A stretch of 53,002 nucleotides of DNA from positions 1 to 53,002 of the forward strand of contig DAOORA010000025.1 in NCBI GenBank assembly GCA_035389045.1. Reading direction: 5' to 3'. The translations under genes were made by a program, and so were the position numbers. The notes beneath the pieces were generated by a model. The model was not told where the DNA came from. It was given only the letters and a program-made list of their open reading frames with translations, and did not search any database. Source of the stretch: Bacteroidales bacterium. Lineage in GTDB: Bacteria > Bacteroidota > Bacteroidia > Bacteroidales > CAIWKO01. Positions 48,913 to 53,002 of the stretch are shown in pieces (the stretch's first letter is position 1; each line of letters opens with the position of its first letter).

Positions 48913-48960
48913 AATCAAAGATATTTTATTAAAATTTCTATTCTGTCAAAGATAAAACAA

Positions 48961-49776
48961 ATTTCAACCTTCTCGGAGGTGGAAATCATTTTTAGAACAA
49001 TAAAACAAATGCGATAAGGTCACTCCGGAGGAGTGAAATATTGGTAAAATAGTTTTAACCGGTTCGGCGAAGGTTCTACCTTCGTCGAAACAATACTATC
49101 AGGCTCTGCCTGTGACAAAGTGCGAAGTTACAAACTTCGCACAACTGAGGTGCGAAGTTACAAACTTCGAACAACTGAACAATCAATAAAACAGATGCGA
49201 TAAGGTCACTCCGGAGGAGTGAAATATTGGTAAAATGGTTTTAATAAAAACGAACAGCGACTCCAGCGGAGTCGAACATTTTTACATTTCGCACCCTTAA
49301 TGAGCTAAAGATTGGCAGCTAATCAACTCATCACTCCGGAGGAGTGAAATATTGGTAAAAAAGTATTAATAAAAACGAACAGCGACTCCAGCGGAGTCGA
49401 ACGAGGACAAGGTGTAAGAAAGAATTTAAATACGTTGGCGCAGTCGAAGCCACCGGTTCGGCGAAGGTTCTACCTTCGTCGAAACAATACTAACAGGATC
49501 TGCCTGTAACAAAGTACTATTTTTTTAAAAAAAACTAAAAAAGAGAAAGCCAACAGCTTAGCATTTTTATGAAAAACAATTAATAATGCAGGCTGTAGCC
49601 TGTGATAATAATGACGACTTAGGCTGGAGCCTAAGTCGAACAAGGGGTGCGAAGTTACAAACTTCGCACAACTGAACAATCAATAAAACAGATGCGATAA
49701 GGTCACTACGGAGGAGTATAATATTGGTAAAATAGTTTTAATAAAAACAAATAGCGATTCCAGCGGAGTCGAACAT
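48961..49776. repeat. mosaic of several REP-like hairpin families (BIME-like)
   Basis: A TCACTCC-GGA-GGAGTGA at 49020, 49206, 49331, 49703; B CGACTCC-AGC-GGAGTCG at 49258, 49383, 49755; C TTCGGCGAAGGT-TCT-ACCTTCGTCGAA at 49063, 49457; D GTGCGAAGTT-ACA-AACTTCGCAC at 49120, 49150, 49647; others at 48961 and 49615. Confidence 0.92.
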
Positions 49777-49804
49777 CTAAACATTTGTACACTTTTGTCT
49801 CTTC

Positions 49805-51037
49805 CTAAAGCTGCTTCCTCAGCATATTCAGGGCAGCCAGGCTTGCCCGTCTGATATTACGTTCCCGGTCGTTGCCCAGCAATAGTTTTTGAGTAATTAT
49901 GATCTCGGGAGTTGCTAAGGCTATCCATACGGTTCCTACCGGTTTTTCCGTTGTGCCTCCATCAGGGCCTGCTATACCGCTGGCCGCCAGCGCATAATCG
50001 GTTTCCATCAGTTCCCGGACGCCGGAGGCCATGGCACAAACCACCTCTTCGCTCACAGCGCCGTGTTTTTCGATGAGTTTTTTATTTACTCCCAGAACAT
50101 TGATTTTAACAGCATTGTCGTATGCAATCACCGAGCCTTTGAAATATTTTGAGCTTCCGGGTACAGAAGTGATCAGGTGTGCTATGAGTCCGCCCGTGCA
50201 GCTTTCGGCGGTGGACACGGTCACCTGTTCATCTAACAGCATTATTCCTGTAACAGACTGAAGGGTGTCGTTTTCAAAGCCAAAGATCAGGTCTGGAATG
50301 AGTTTTATTAATTTTTTTATTTCAGATGTTATGGCATTAATACTGTTTTTGTCCTCAGCCTCATAGCAGGATAAACGTAATTTAACAATTCCCGGTTCGG
50401 GCAGATAGGCTAATTTAATAGTTTCGGGCAGCTTGTTTTCCCAGTCACTGATCAGCTCAGCCAGCGCTGACTCTCCAATTCCGGTAGTCAGTATGGTTTT
50501 ATGAACGATAGGCTTTGAGATGTTAAGTTTGATCAGTCGCGGGATGATTTCACCGGCGATCATGGCCTTCATCTCGAAGGGGACGCCGGGTAAGGAGATA
50601 TAATGAACACTGTTTTTCTGAAACCACATGCCGGGCGCTGTGCCTAAGGCATTTTTTATGACCGTGCAGTTATCCGGTACCATTGCCTGATTCCGGTTGA
50701 CCTCACTGACCTTAACGCCTCTGCTGTAAAACAGTTTTCTGATATTTTCCAGCGAAGGTTTGTGCATAACCAGCTTCGAACCGAAATAGGAGCAAAGTGT
50801 TTTTTTTGTGATATCATCCCGGGTAGGCCCCAGCCCGCCGGTGATTATGACAATTCCTGATTGTCCGGCTGCTTGCTGAAGTGCATTATGGATCTCATTA
50901 CTGTCATCGGCTATGGTAATTATGCTCCTGACAGGAATACCTGCCAGGTTAAGTTCACCGGCAATAAAAGAAGCATTGGTATTGACGGTTTGCCCAATGA
51001 GCAATTCGTCCCCAATACTGATGATCGAGGCTATCAT
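49805..51037 (-). CDS. cinA: competence/damage-inducible protein CinA (MoCF-like + NMN deamidase PncC domain)
   Basis: IGDELLIGQTVNTN, TGGLGPTRDDIT, GTAPG, LPGVPFEM, STAESCTGG, PGSS.YF, GIAGPDGG..KPVGTV. Confidence 0.95.
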   Translation of the reverse strand: MIASIISIGDELLIGQTVNTNASFIAGELNLAGIPVRSIITIADDSNEIHNALQQAAGQSGIVIITGGLGPTRDDITKKTLCSYFGSKLVMHKPSLENIRKLFYSRGVKVSEVNRNQAMVPDNCTVIKNALGTAPGMWFQKNSVHYISLPGVPFEMKAMIAGEIIPRLIKLNISKPIVHKTILTTGIGESALAELISDWENKLPETIKLAYLPEPGIVKLRLSCYEAEDKNSINAITSEIKKLIKLIPDLIFGFENDTLQSVTGIMLLDEQVTVSTAESCTGGLIAHLITSVPGSSKYFKGSVIAYDNAVKINVLGVNKKLIEKHGAVSEEVVCAMASGVRELMETDYALAASGIAGPDGGTTEKPVGTVWIALATPEIIITQKLLLGNDRERNIRRASLAALNMLRKQL

Positions 51038-51909
51038 TTGAAGGATAAGGTCTCTCCCAAATCTTTAGGCACAATGGACATAACCGGAAAATCAGATTGA
51101 CGGATCACTTCGGTGGCATGGGAGTTAACAAAAAACGGCGTAAGTCCGGTTTCCTGTTGCGTCATGATCAGGATCAGGTCAATGTCGCCCTGCTGCTTCG
51201 CATACACAAGCATGGTGGGAACCATATCCGATTCTTTAGCTGCCTCAATCATTTCGGCCGTGCATTTAATGTTACGTTCCTCAATAAATTTCTTTACCTG
51301 TAACATTTTTGCCGTGAGTGACGATTTGATTTCTTTATGATTGACAGACCAAAGTACCGTAACCACTTTGATCGTAGCTCCGAACATCTTAGCCAGTTCA
51401 ATGCCCCAGCTGACTTTCTGACGGCTTTCCTGCGTCAGGTCGATGGGGAGGAGGATACTCCGGCAACCATTGTAATGGGATTCGGCGCTGATGGTTATTA
51501 CAGGACATTTGGCATTACGGATTACCCTTGAGGTGTTTGCGCCTACATTGGGTGCATACAAATTGAAATTGCTTTCTTTCCCCATGATAACAAATTCAGA
51601 CTGTATCAGTTCGGCAACTTCCACGATTTTGGCATGTACTTTTCCGCGTGCAACCAAATAGTTGATCTTTAGACCAGTTTCTTTGGATTTTGCTGATGAA
51701 AAGGCCTCCAGTTCATTTTCCATTTTTTTTATCAGTTCATCGCTCTGATCAGCAGAGAAGAACTTGTTGAACATTCCTCCTTCTTCATATACATAAAGTA
51801 AGGTAATTTCAAGTTTTAACATTCGTGCAAGGTTGTACGATTGCCCCAGGGCGATGTGGGCCTGCTCGTTGAAATCAAACGGAACCAGGATGTTTTTATG
51901 AGTTTCCAT
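51034..51909 (-). CDS. universal stress protein (two USP domains)
   Basis: ILVPFDF, IMG..VGANTSRVIRNAKCPVIT, ILLPIDL, LIMTQQE..VIRQSDFPVMSI; 4-nt overlap with cinA. Confidence 0.9.
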   Translation of the reverse strand: METHKNILVPFDFNEQAHIALGQSYNLARMLKLEITLLYVYEEGGMFNKFFSADQSDELIKKMENELEAFSSAKSKETGLKINYLVARGKVHAKIVEVAELIQSEFVIMGKESNFNLYAPNVGANTSRVIRNAKCPVITISAESHYNGCRSILLPIDLTQESRQKVSWGIELAKMFGATIKVVTVLWSVNHKEIKSSLTAKMLQVKKFIEERNIKCTAEMIEAAKESDMVPTMLVYAKQQGDIDLILIMTQQETGLTPFFVNSHATEVIRQSDFPVMSIVPKDLGETLSFK

Positions 51910-52029
51910 AATAATAATTATATTTGTGACGATTTTTAAATTAGTGCGTTATTAATTAAACAAAACAAAATATTTATATATACATGTTTGTTGTGTGCAT
52001 TATTTGTTTAAAAATTATTAAATCGAGTG

Positions 52030-52037
52030 CAAAGATA
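52030..52037 (-). promoter_or_regulatory. -7 element TATCTTTG for the usp-cinA operon
   Basis: TAnnTTTG in the divergent intergenic region. Confidence 0.45.
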
Positions 52038-52054
52038 CAATAAATTTTTTATCT

Positions 52055-52933
52055 ATGAAAAGAGTATATGAAGAATCGGAATTGATTTTGTCAGCGGGAA
52101 ATAAAATTTACCATTTAAATTTGCATCCCGATGATATTGCTGATACCATAATCGTGGTAGGAGATCCGGGACGTGTGCCGGCTGTTTCAAAACATTTTGA
52201 CCGGATTGATCTGAAAGTTCAGAACAGGGAAATTGTTACGCATACAGGTTATTTAAATAATACGCGCATCAGTGTCCTTTCCACAGGTATGGGCCCTGAT
52301 AATATTGACATCGTACTGAACGAACTTGATGCTCTGGCTAATATTGATCTGGAAAAACGTTCGGCCAAACCCACCCAACGGAAACTTAATATCATCCGCC
52401 TGGGTACTTCAGGTGCAATGCAGGAAGATATTCCGGTGGATACTTTTGTGGCTTCGTCGTATGGCCTCGGCATCGATGGTGTGATGAATTTTTATAAAAA
52501 AACATCCGAAATTGCAGAAAATGAAATGGTTGAAGAATTTATCCGCCAGACGCAATGGCCGGGCTTTCTGGCGAGACCTTATATTGTGAAAGCCTCCGAT
52601 GTACTCCTGGAGAAAGTTGCTTTCGACATGATGCAGGGTATCACCGCCACTGCTCCGGGGTTTTTCGGACCACAGGGACGGGAGTTGCGGGGTGAACTTG
52701 CTTTTCCGGAGCTGAATGACCGCCTTAGCCGTTTCTCTTATCACTCGGACAGGATTACCAATTTCGAGATGGAAACCTCCGCTTTATATGGGCTGGGAAA
52801 AATATTCGGGCACGAAACGCTTACCATTTGTGTGATTATCGCAAACCGTATCGCCAAACAATTCAGCAAAGACTATAAACCTTTAATGGAGAAGCTCATC
52901 ATTACCGTGCTGGAGCGCTTAACATCCCGTTAA
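52055..52933 (+). CDS. nucleoside phosphorylase (uridine phosphorylase-like, PNP_UDP family)
   Basis: IYHLNL.P, VGDPGRV, STGMGPDNIDIV.NE, IRLGTSG, TAPGFFGPQGR, NFEMETS. Confidence 0.92.
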   Translation: MKRVYEESELILSAGNKIYHLNLHPDDIADTIIVVGDPGRVPAVSKHFDRIDLKVQNREIVTHTGYLNNTRISVLSTGMGPDNIDIVLNELDALANIDLEKRSAKPTQRKLNIIRLGTSGAMQEDIPVDTFVASSYGLGIDGVMNFYKKTSEIAENEMVEEFIRQTQWPGFLARPYIVKASDVLLEKVAFDMMQGITATAPGFFGPQGRELRGELAFPELNDRLSRFSYHSDRITNFEMETSALYGLGKIFGHETLTICVIIANRIAKQFSKDYKPLMEKLIITVLERLTSR

Positions 52934-52953
52934 TATTTTATTCAGAATTATTA

Positions 52954-53002
52954 GAAACTGTTTTGATTTTATGTTACATAAGATTTATGATGGATTTTTT
53001 AG
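52954..53002. mobile_element. left end of a second copy of the 16790-16948 MITE, truncated by the window end
   Basis: GAAACTGTTTTGATTTTATGTTACATAAGATTTATGATGGATTTTTTAG, 48/49 identical to 16790-16838; preceded by TTA. Confidence 0.85.

Noticed and set aside
48961..49776. CRISPR array or tRNA cluster
   Set aside because: Irregular spacing, several different repeat types, repeated linkers; no cloverleaf structures

Overview
53 kb scaffold segment from a Bacteroidota (probably Bacteroidales-like) bacterium, judged from TAnnTTTG promoters upstream of many genes, porT, FISUMP/PKD secreted proteins and TonB-type receptors. There is one 100-N gap (6259-6358) inside a tricorn protease gene. Most of the window is housekeeping or envelope genes (porT, ubiE/menG, heptose-7-P kinase, aminotransferase, C1 peptidase, arfB, saccharopine dehydrogenase, djlA, tag, ribBA, yjbQ, rpmB, cinA, USP, nucleoside phosphorylase). 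The left end is accessory: an AbiEii-type toxin-antitoxin pair, a SWIM-SNF2 helicase, an AAA ATPase, a methyltransferase and a FISUMP protein. A likely metal/envelope-stress locus comprises ArsR, an ECF sigma, a zinc-finger anti-sigma, two Spy/CpxP-like proteins and an outer-membrane barrel. No rRNA, tRNA, CRISPR array, transposase or reverse transcriptase was recognised. The most unusual content is non-coding: (i) three direct-repeat modules of IS21-like end, palindrome and promoter bracketing the AAA ATPase; (ii) tandem arrays of 118-147 bp hairpin units between convergent genes; (iii) an ~820 bp mosaic of several REP-like hairpin families; (iv) MITE-like elements with terminal inverted repeats and nested palindrome insertions. 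All family assignments come from motif recognition by eye, not from database searches.
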